Shown in pieces: positions 24,809 to 32,000 of a DNA stretch of 32,000 nucleotides. The stretch comes from Desulfotalea psychrophila LSv54. Its GTDB lineage: Bacteria > Desulfobacterota > Desulfobulbia > Desulfobulbales > Desulfocapsaceae. Within the stretch, counting starts at the first letter, position 1. Every line of letters starts with the position of its first letter. The stretch covers positions 1,350,001-1,382,000 of the forward strand of contig NC_006138.1 of assembly GCF_000025945.1 (NCBI RefSeq). Direction: 5' to 3'. The position numbers and the translations under genes are program-made. The notes under the pieces were generated by a model. That model had not been told where the DNA came from. It saw nothing but the letters and a program-made list of their open reading frames with translations, and did no database searches.

Positions 24809-27148
24809 CTATGCCTTCTCCCCAGCCTCTTCAGCTCCTGTGAAGCCGAGGGCATCCAGTATCTTGTCGTCGAGATGTCTGTTCTTGCCAATATAGGGAT
24901 GGCAGTGGATATGGATGGCAGGGTTGAAGTTCAGCTCGATAATACTGAAATTATCTTCAGCGGCATCCTCTTCTAGAGAGTCAATCATCATATCGAGACC
25001 GGTGATTTTTACCTGCAGAGCTTGGGCGGCTCGCACGGCAATATCCTTGTATGATTGGGGCACCTTGTCGGTGAAGTCTATGCTGTCTCCGCCTGTGCTG
25101 ATATTTGAGTTTTCCCGCAGATAGATGCGCTGATCCTTGGCCGGAACGGTGGCAAAGGAGTAGCCTTGGCTAGCGAGAAACATCTCTTCAGTTTCCTCCA
25201 GTTTGATCTTCTCGAGCGGGGTTCGATACCCTCTGCCCCGCAGGGGGTTCTTGTTCTTTTCTGTCACTAGTACCTGTACGCTTGATGTTCCGTCGCCCGT
25301 GACATTGGCAGGTACTCTGTGCAGAATTCCAACGACTTGGTCGTTGACGATAAAGAAACGATATTCTTTTCCGCTGCTGAAGTTTTCGATAAGAACCGTC
25401 GCTTCATGCTTGAAGGCCTGAGCGATACCCTGCGCAAAAAAATCATGTCTGTTGTTCTCCTTTATGATTGTTATGCCAATGCCAAAGTTGGTGGATTTCG
25501 GTTTGATGACGATAGCCCTGCCCCGGTAGTAGGGATAGTCTGCCAGCGCTTCCGAGGGGCTGCTATAGCTTCTTCCCTTTGGGGTGTTGATTCCCGCTTG
25601 GTCGAGTATTTTTTTGGTGATGACCTTGTTTTCCATGCTGAGAACGCTGATGTAATTGTCCAGTGAGGTGCGGCTGGCCTGCATTACATATTCTCTCTTA
25701 CCCGCCTGTTCCAGGCAGACAAAGTTTTCCTGCCGATCCATGATCTCAAAGGATACTCCGCGCAGGGCTGCCCGCCTAAGGAGGAGTTGGGTGGAGAGTT
25801 CCATATCTCTCAGACCGTGGAAGATAAACTGTTCATCGTGACTTTTTTTAAGGAACTTTAAGGCCTGTTTCATATGCCATTCGGTAAACCCCTCCTGCTT
25901 GATCTCTTTGAGCAGTGTATCGGTGGGGCGAGACGCTTGGTTTTGCACCAGCCTCTCCAGCTCTTCCATCCCTGCCCTGTATTCCGGCGGGAGGTGTGGG
26001 CTTACTGTTTGCTGGATCTCTTGCAAGCAATGGGCAAGCTGTTTGTCCAGCCTCTGCTCGTTGCCATCAGCGTCGCAGATGATAGCACCTGGATTAAGGC
26101 CTTCAGTTGCGGCCTGTTCCTGGTTTCTATTGGCAGTTTCTTGCTCTTTGCTGGTAAAGGACGTCTCTTCGGGGCAGAGTAGGCAGTAGATGAGGAAAAT
26201 GTGAATTATCTCTGCATGTAGAGGATTGACTCCTGTCTTGAAAAAGGGGTTGAGATCAAGCAGGCGGATCTCCAGGTGATTGATTCTTTTAGGGTCGGTG
26301 GTGGTTTTGATCCGTATCGGGGCGTAATTTTCCCGTATATCCCGGAGAACTTTTTTCTCCACCAACTCTTGCAGACTTTCCCTGTAATCTGTCAGGGTGC
26401 TGTAGTTCAGGTGAAAATCCTGGGTGTTTCTGTAGCCACAGATATTGTTTCGTATGGAGGTGGCATAGGGGAAATGGTAGGCATCCTTGGCGAATGGACT
26501 GAGCATATCTATGCAGTGTTTACGGTAGGACTTATGGATAACCGGGCTTGCCCCCAACAGGCAGATGAGAAACCAGCGATGACGGAGAAAATTACGCACG
26601 GTTTTCATATAGATATCTTCTCTAAACTCTGCAAAGGGCTGTTCTTGCTTTCCCTCTTCATGGAGCAGTTCCAGAAATCTTTCGGGAAGGGAGATGTTGA
26701 AGTGGATACCTGAAAACATCTGCCGTTTTCGTCCATATATCTTGGCCAGTTGCAGACGGTACTCTTCTTGTTCCCGAAACTCGCCCCCAAAATGGGCAAT
26801 GGGGATATCTTCTTCTCTTTCCGGTAATATGGGCGGGGCACTCTGGGGCCAGAGATATTCGTCCTTGAGCTCTATGCTGACCAGGTCGTGCAGGGTCTCC
26901 AGAAAACCTAGGGATTCGGCGATGGAGGGTAGGGGCGGGGTTATTATTTCAATCTGGCTTTCGGAAAAATCGGTGGTGATATAGGGGTGGCTCGTCTTTT
27001 CCCCAAGTTCTCTGGGGTGAGGGGTGAGGGCAAGTTTACCCCTGCTGTCTACCCGGATATTTTCCTTTTCAAAACCAAAAAAACCTTCGAAGATCTGTTT
27101 TGAGATGAGAGGTGGGAGGCTGTCGAGGATGTTTTTGCTAAAAGCCAT
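24809..27148 (-). CDS. gshF: bifunctional glutamate-cysteine ligase / glutathione synthetase
   Basis: 779 aa. The N-terminus (FGFEKENIRVDSRGKLALTPHP...SHPYITTDFSESQIEIITPP...EYLWPQSAPP) closely parallels the streptococcal/listerial GshF N-terminal GCL domain. The C-terminal ~300 aa form an ATP-grasp domain (RAIVIKPKSTNFGIGI...EYRFFIVNDQVVGILHR...IIELNFNPAI). Confidence 0.9.
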   Translation of the reverse strand: MAFSKNILDSLPPLISKQIFEGFFGFEKENIRVDSRGKLALTPHPRELGEKTSHPYITTDFSESQIEIITPPLPSIAESLGFLETLHDLVSIELKDEYLWPQSAPPILPEREEDIPIAHFGGEFREQEEYRLQLAKIYGRKRQMFSGIHFNISLPERFLELLHEEGKQEQPFAEFREDIYMKTVRNFLRHRWFLICLLGASPVIHKSYRKHCIDMLSPFAKDAYHFPYATSIRNNICGYRNTQDFHLNYSTLTDYRESLQELVEKKVLRDIRENYAPIRIKTTTDPKRINHLEIRLLDLNPFFKTGVNPLHAEIIHIFLIYCLLCPEETSFTSKEQETANRNQEQAATEGLNPGAIICDADGNEQRLDKQLAHCLQEIQQTVSPHLPPEYRAGMEELERLVQNQASRPTDTLLKEIKQEGFTEWHMKQALKFLKKSHDEQFIFHGLRDMELSTQLLLRRAALRGVSFEIMDRQENFVCLEQAGKREYVMQASRTSLDNYISVLSMENKVITKKILDQAGINTPKGRSYSSPSEALADYPYYRGRAIVIKPKSTNFGIGITIIKENNRHDFFAQGIAQAFKHEATVLIENFSSGKEYRFFIVNDQVVGILHRVPANVTGDGTSSVQVLVTEKNKNPLRGRGYRTPLEKIKLEETEEMFLASQGYSFATVPAKDQRIYLRENSNISTGGDSIDFTDKVPQSYKDIAVRAAQALQVKITGLDMMIDSLEEDAAEDNFSIIELNFNPAIHIHCHPYIGKNRHLDDKILDALGFTGAEEAGEKA

Positions 27149-27348
27149 AGTAGTGGAAACCTTTATCTAAATGAAAGTAAGTAGTTTGTCTTGTGTCTGG
27201 AAAAAGGGCATAATTTTTTAAGCACCCTCCAGAGGGTTGTGGGGAAAGGGCAGAGCTCCTGGTCGAGCTCAATGGTGGAAAATTATGTAAAAAAGATCAG
27301 GGACAAGCTTTTCCTCCCCAGTTTCGTCTATTCTGTTATTTTTGCCTG

Positions 27349-28419
27349 TTACTTAGGTGAAGTTCCTGTTTTAGGTAGGTGGGCAGCAAACACCTCTCCG
27401 TATATTTGCCAGAGGGTAAGAAAGAGTGCCGCGATTAACGGGCCGATGATGATTCCCAGAAGACCGAACATCGAAATGCCGCCCAGAGTGCCGAAGAGGA
27501 CAAAGAGGTCATGCATTTCTGTATCCTTACCAACGAGGCGCGGACGGAGAAAATTGTCGATATTGCCGGCAATAAGACCACAGCCGATGGCAAGAACGGC
27601 GACTCCGAAAAAATTACTCATCAGGGCAATTATAATAAGGGCTGGCCCCCAGATGATTGCCGTACCAACAGCGGGTATAACTGACATAACGGCCATAACC
27701 GTTCCCCAGAAGAAGGGGCCCTGAATCCCGGCTATTGCAAAGGAGATACCGCATATTCCACCCTGGAGGATACCGATGATAATGGTTCCCTTGATGGTAG
27801 CCCGGGTAACAGAGGTGAATCTTACCAGAAGTTTTTGCTCTTCTCTGTCCTGCAGGGGGAGAAAGAAGAGTATTTTGTCTAAGAGATCCTTGCCCACGTT
27901 GAGGAAATAGAAGGTCACGTAGAGCATGATAACAGAGCTGAAGATGAAGTTTATGGTCAGCTTGGTGAATGAGCCCAGGGAGTCTATGAGAAAGCTTGAT
28001 ATGGCTCCGACAAGTTGGCCGCTCTTGTGGATAATGGTATCTCTGTATGGGAGTATCTCTTGATAAAAGGGAACTTTTTCCAGGTAATAGGTCATGGAGG
28101 TAGGTTCGGCGATAAATTTCTGGATCCAGGGGGCGATGGATTGGCTGACAGTGATTGCCTGAGCTACCACAATGGTGATAAGAATTGCCAGAGGAATCAG
28201 TATGAGAAGGACAATACCAGCTACTATAAGCATTGAAGAAAGATTTTCTCTATTACCAAGGAGTATGCAGAGCTTTTTGTGACTGGGGCTGAGCAGGGCT
28301 GAGAGCAGGCCTGCCATAAAGATGGCCATGAGGAACTGTTGGATCATACTTAAAAAAACTGCTGAGATGATGAAAACCAGCACCAGTAGAGAAGACTTGT
28401 TGATTGTTTCAAAATTCAT
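27349..28419 (-). CDS. AI-2E family transporter (PerM/UPF0118-type permease)
   Basis: 356 aa, about 8 TM. Characteristic C-terminal block: GNIDNFLRPRLVGKDTEMHDLFVLFGTLGGISMFGLLGIIIGPLIAALF. Confidence 0.85.
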   Translation of the reverse strand: MNFETINKSSLLVLVFIISAVFLSMIQQFLMAIFMAGLLSALLSPSHKKLCILLGNRENLSSMLIVAGIVLLILIPLAILITIVVAQAITVSQSIAPWIQKFIAEPTSMTYYLEKVPFYQEILPYRDTIIHKSGQLVGAISSFLIDSLGSFTKLTINFIFSSVIMLYVTFYFLNVGKDLLDKILFFLPLQDREEQKLLVRFTSVTRATIKGTIIIGILQGGICGISFAIAGIQGPFFWGTVMAVMSVIPAVGTAIIWGPALIIIALMSNFFGVAVLAIGCGLIAGNIDNFLRPRLVGKDTEMHDLFVLFGTLGGISMFGLLGIIIGPLIAALFLTLWQIYGEVFAAHLPKTGTSPK

Positions 28420-28844
28420 GCCTGTCCTTGTCTGTGTGGGCCTCTCACCCGGGCGAGGTGCAAATCTTGGCTCTGCCCCGGATAAAGAGATAAATTTATA
28501 AGAGAACGCCTAGGCGTTTTGAGTATAATTACAACAATCAGGTGTAACAGGTTTGCTGTGGAGGGTATCTTGGCACTTACCTGAAAAGCGGGTATTAATA
28601 AAGATTACCGGTAACCTCTTTAAGGGAGAAGTATACTGGTATTTTACCCTCGGTAAATGGGAAATTACAACTCCCATCATTTTTAAGTTGGCGGGCAGGG
28701 ACAAATAGAAATGGCAGTGGTTGAATGGGGGTCTTTCGTTTTGAATAAAAAAGCCATAATCTTGCCCTTATTGGTTCTAGCTTAGTAGGTTGTATCCATA
28801 GATCATCATCTGATGAGAGTAAAGATTAGAGAGGGGAGTGGGCT

Positions 28845-29573
28845 GTGATTTCTTTTACTGATGTAAATAAGTGGTATGGAGACTTTCGGGTACTCAAAGA
28901 TATAAATCTTACCATTGCTGAAGGTGAGGTTGTGGTTGTCTGTGGGCCTTCTGGGTCAGGTAAGAGTACCCTCATTCGTTGTATCAGTCGCCTGGAGCCT
29001 ATCCAGAGGGGGCATATTGTGGTCGATGGTCATGATGTAAATGATCTAAAGACCAACCTTACCCTGTTGCGAGCTGAAATAGGCTTTGTCTTTCAGCAGT
29101 TTAATCTCTATCCGCATATGACGGTGCTTGAAAATATTACCCTTGCCCCTCGGCTGGTTAGGGGGATGACCTCTGGCGATGCAGAAAAATTGGGCATGGA
29201 TCTGTTGAAGAAGGTCGATATTCCTGATCGTGCCAATCACTATCCCAGTCAGCTCTCAGGTGGCCAGCAACAGCGGGTTGCCATTGCCCGTGGTCTTGCC
29301 ATGAGGCCCCGTATTATGCTCTTTGATGAACCGACCTCGGCCCTTGATCCTGAAATGATTAACGAGGTGCTTGATGTTATGAGGGAACTGGCTCGGGAGG
29401 GAATGACCATGGTCTGTGTTACCCATGAAATGGGCTTTGCCCGTGAGGTTGCCGATCGTATTATCTTTATGGATGAGGGTAATCTTGTCGAGCAGAATAG
29501 TCCCCATGAGTTTTTTGAAAACCCTCAGCATGGAAGGACGAAAGATTTTCTCAGTAAGATCTTGTCGCATTAG
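28845..29573 (+). CDS. polar amino-acid ABC transporter ATP-binding protein (GlnQ/ArtP-like)
   Basis: GTG start after GAGGGGAG. Walker [10 protein letters not shown], signature [15 protein letters not shown], Walker [13 protein letters not shown], and the typical C-terminal [18 protein letters not shown]. Confidence 0.9.
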   Translation: MISFTDVNKWYGDFRVLKDINLTIAEGEVVVVCGPSGSGKSTLIRCISRLEPIQRGHIVVDGHDVNDLKTNLTLLRAEIGFVFQQFNLYPHMTVLENITLAPRLVRGMTSGDAEKLGMDLLKKVDIPDRANHYPSQLSGGQQQRVAIARGLAMRPRIMLFDEPTSALDPEMINEVLDVMRELAREGMTMVCVTHEMGFAREVADRIIFMDEGNLVEQNSPHEFFENPQHGRTKDFLSKILSH

Positions 29574-29731
29574 AGAGAGCTTGAAAAAAGCCAATTTTTC
29601 AAGGTTCTCACTATCTGTCTTGAGCTGTTTCGTACTACAACTGCCTCTGCGCAAGTGGGCTGTCAGCCTTCTTTTTCATGTTGGTGCACGAGGTATAAGA
29701 TGAAAAAAGACCTAGTAACGGAGAATGAGAG

Positions 29732-30547
29732 ATGAGATTGAAGTCGATTATCGCTGGAGCAGTTATTTCAGTAATGGTGAGTGGTGTGGTGGCATTTGCC
29801 GGCCCTGTCTGGGATAAGATCCAGAAGAGCAAGACCCTGCGGGCAGGCATTATGAACAATTCTATTCCTGGCGCCTACTACAATGATAAAAAAGAGTGGG
29901 TGGGCTTTGATGTTGATATGGCAAAGGAAATTGCCAAGCGCCTTGGCCTGAAGCTGGAACAGGTGCTCGTGACCGATAAGACTCGTATTGGTTTTTTGCA
30001 GCAGGGACGTATTGATATGTCCATTGCCAATATGACCCATAAGCGTGAGCGTGATAAGTCCATCGATTTCTCCATCACCTACTTTTTTGACGGACAGAAG
30101 ATGCTTACCCGAAAGGGTAAATATGCGGACTGGAATGCCCTTGTTGGTAAGACCATTGCCACCGTCCAGGGAACCACCTCCGAGATTAATGTAAAGACCC
30201 TTATGAAAAAAATGGGTGGAGCCGAAATTGTCTCTTATCAGGATTATCCCTCTGCCTTCAATGCCCTGCAGATGGGGCGTGTCCAGGCATTTTCTACGGA
30301 TTCCACCATCCTGCTTGGCTATGCTGCACAGGAGCCGGGAAAGTATGAGCTTGTCGGTGATTTCTTTTCTCGCGAGCCCTATGGTATCGGTCTTCCTCAG
30401 GATGAGTCTCAACTGCGTGATGCGGTAAACTTTGCCCTTCAGGATATGTGGAAGGATGGTACCTATATGGCAATTTACAATAAGTGGTATGGAGAGAGAA
30501 CTCCCTATTATTTTCCCATGACCGAGCAGATTGAGATGTGGCCATAA
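29732..30547 (+). CDS. amino-acid ABC transporter substrate-binding protein (family 3 SBP)
   Basis: Signal peptide MRLKSIIAGAVISVMVSGVVAFA. Motifs: GFDVDMAKEIAKRLG, ANMTHKRERDKSIDFS, YGIGLPQD. Confidence 0.85.
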   Translation: MRLKSIIAGAVISVMVSGVVAFAGPVWDKIQKSKTLRAGIMNNSIPGAYYNDKKEWVGFDVDMAKEIAKRLGLKLEQVLVTDKTRIGFLQQGRIDMSIANMTHKRERDKSIDFSITYFFDGQKMLTRKGKYADWNALVGKTIATVQGTTSEINVKTLMKKMGGAEIVSYQDYPSAFNALQMGRVQAFSTDSTILLGYAAQEPGKYELVGDFFSREPYGIGLPQDESQLRDAVNFALQDMWKDGTYMAIYNKWYGERTPYYFPMTEQIEMWP

Positions 30548-30718
30548 TGGTTTGAGTTATCTGCAAGCGGAGGGGTTGTTGCCTGCACCCGTTTGAGATG
30601 TGGAATGGAGTTGATCCCTGCGGCTAATGCTCTTGGGGCTGCTACGTTTTGTGGCGAGAAGCAACTTTAGCTCTGCGGAAAAATGTTGATAAGACGTTGT
30701 TCTTTCAGATAAGTTAAT

Positions 30719-30748
30719 AATAGCGAGACGATTATCGCTATTGTTTTT
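30719..30748 (+). terminator. hairpin + T-tract, possible terminator after the ABC genes
   Basis: AATAGCGA (30719-30726), 8-nt loop, TCGCTATT (30735-30742), then GTTTTT. Confidence 0.4.
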
Positions 30749-30763
30749 GGGATTAGTAGAGGC

Positions 30764-31182
30764 CTAGAGGTAGCATTTCATCTGCAGGTAGAAAGAGCTG
30801 TCGGCGATGTCATCGGAGTATGATCCTGCTAGCCAGCAGAGAATGGGTAGGAGTCTCCGCTTTCCAGATTGGCGGGATTGCTGTCGGTATAGTCAATATC
30901 GCCAGAGCCATAGCCCGGATGGAAGCTGAGGGCCAGATCATGTTTTACCTAGTGATTATAGCCACCTGTGATGCCGTGGACATTGGCATCGTATTCAACA
31001 GGGTCGGAGCTGTTAGGGGGTAGCTGTAATAGGGGCGGGCAAAGAGCCAGCTACGCTTTGCCGACAGGGCACTTGTCATCAGCGCCGATGGGTCAAGAAT
31101 GGGATCGGTTGAGGCAAGTTGGACACCTTCGTAGGCCACACTGCCTGTGGATTGTTTCTGGCCATCATGCCGAGCATGGGGC
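30764..31182 (-). pseudogene. possible degraded outer-membrane beta-barrel (translocator) region downstream of the adhesin-like ORF
   Basis: There is no long ORF here. Beta-barrel-like peptides appear in different minus-strand frames: AYEGVQLASTDPILDPSALMTSALSAKRSWLFARPYYSY (30945-31139 frame); DPVEYDANVHGITGGYNH-stop-VKHDLALSFHPGYGSGDIDYTDSNPANLESGDSYPFSAG; and a last piece SYSDDIADSSFYLQMKCYL ending at the stop at 30764. Confidence 0.3.
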
Positions 31183-32000
31183 TTATAAGGTCGGTTCTGG
31201 CAATGGCAATGCTGTTGTCGGTGATGGTGTTTTTCTGACCTCTGTTGCTAGCTGTGAAACAGAGGCCTTGGGGTGGTAGGTGATGGCCAGTTTCTGTGGC
31301 GCTTCTCCATTGCCGTTTATAAGTTCTGCTGAATAATCGGGACTGGTCGTCTGGATATGGCTGAATTGATCTATGCTGGCACCTCCTGCCAGCATGGGAA
31401 TATCATAGCTGCCGTTGCTGAGGTTATTGTCGGTAAAGGCATAGAGTCTTGCATTTTCGAAGGTGACATCTCTACTGCCACCCGAAATAGTTCCCCTGTA
31501 CTCCCTATCTACCTGGGCCTGATCATTGAACTTCATGGCAAAACCGGTGATATTCACCCCATCTGGGGCAACAACCTGGTATGAACTTTCTTCTGCTCTT
31601 GTGGTGGTAAGATTAATCAGTCCGGAGGAGTGAAGGACTGGCAGAATCGATGAGTCTGACGGAGCCCCTATGTAGATGCCCGTTGCGGCACTTGTGCCGC
31701 CGTTTTCAGCCTCGACGTTGATGGTGCCGCTATTGGTTACATCTCCACGAGTCCAGATGCCTGTTGCCTGACTGCACGCATAGCCGGAAGTTGAGTTGCT
31801 GGTCGCTTTAACGGTAATATCGCCCCTGTTGTTGATATTGCCTTCTGAATCCACAATTCCCAAGGCCTTAGTCCCTCTTTTTGCCCTTGCGGTAAGAGTG
31901 ATATTGCCCTTATTGTATATATTGCCCCCTCCTGAAGTGCTCATCAGTCCGGTGCCCATTATGTCTCTGAAGTTTTTTGTTTCTATTGAGATTGTGCCGT
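31183..32000 (-). CDS. beta-helix repeat adhesin / autotransporter passenger-like protein (5' end outside window)
   Basis: The frame is open from 31183 to the window edge (upstream codons read GTISIETKNFRDI before the listed Met). Repeats of the G-N-I-x-N-x-G-x-I-T type occur (GGGNIYNKGNITLTA, EGNINNRGDITVKA, GDVTNSGTINVEA), as in parallel beta-helix passenger domains. Confidence 0.65.
   Translation of the reverse strand, partial: GTISIETKNFRDIMGTGLMSTSGGGNIYNKGNITLTARAKRGTKALGIVDSEGNINNRGDITVKATSNSTSGYACSQATGIWTRGDVTNSGTINVEAENGGTSAATGIYIGAPSDSSILPVLHSSGLINLTTTRAEESSYQVVAPDGVNITGFAMKFNDQAQVDREYRGTISGGSRDVTFENARLYAFTDNNLSNGSYDIPMLAGGASIDQFSHIQTTSPDYSAELINGNGEAPQKLAITYHPKASVSQLATEVRKTPSPTTALPLPEPTL

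Noticed and set aside
27191-27724. 177-aa plus-strand ORF
   Set aside because: It mostly overlaps the AI-2E transporter gene on the opposite strand. It is Arg/Pro-rich and has no RBS.
29768-30412. 214-aa minus-strand ORF
   Set aside because: It is antisense to the amino-acid binding protein gene, which has a signal peptide and family motifs. There is no independent support.
1-32000. Mobile elements, integrases, tRNA/rRNA genes, prophage or toxin-antitoxin modules flanking the island
   Set aside because: I could not find transposase, integrase or recombinase motifs, terminal inverted repeats, or tRNA-like cloverleaf sequences in any intergenic region. The island therefore has no visible mobility signature within this window.

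Overview
This looks like chromosomal DNA from an anaerobic, probably deltaproteobacterial (Desulfobulbales/Desulfotalea-like) organism. That origin is an inference from gene content only. From 14.3 to 30.6 kb the genes are recognisable. They are an HPP-family membrane protein, two divergent hybrid-cluster protein genes (hcp) sharing a perfect FNR/CRP-type palindrome, and an exported MsrA-MsrB fusion. These are followed by a CPA1 Na+/H+ antiporter, pstSCAB, the fused glutamate-cysteine ligase/glutathione synthetase GshF, an AI-2E family transporter, and an amino-acid ABC ATPase plus binding protein with no permease. At the right edge lies a beta-helix adhesin-like gene whose downstream region looks degraded. 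The left 14 kb is the interesting part: two convergent, tightly packed blocks of almost entirely uncharacterised envelope proteins. The recognisable pieces are listed below.
- An ExbB/TolQ/MotA-like channel translationally coupled to a partner that has an ExbD/TolR/MotB-type Asp-bearing TM followed by a long coiled coil.
- An SLT lytic transglycosylase, two SPOR-like domains and an OmpA-like domain.
- A DUF4384 lipoprotein, and FlgO/LpoB-like modules repeated in about four proteins.
- A multiply disrupted caspase-FGE gene.
- A control module made of a sigma-28-like sigma factor, an HxxxCxxC anti-sigma factor and a membrane-anchored Lon-type protease domain.
Six of nine consecutive proteins in this island end in Glu, and three of them end in G-x-F-E or x-G-F-E. 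I propose this as a candidate undescribed PMF-coupled, peptidoglycan-associated envelope system with a shared C-terminal tag. I saw no rRNA, tRNA, CRISPR array, IS element or integrase. All family assignments come from motif recognition by eye, not from searches.
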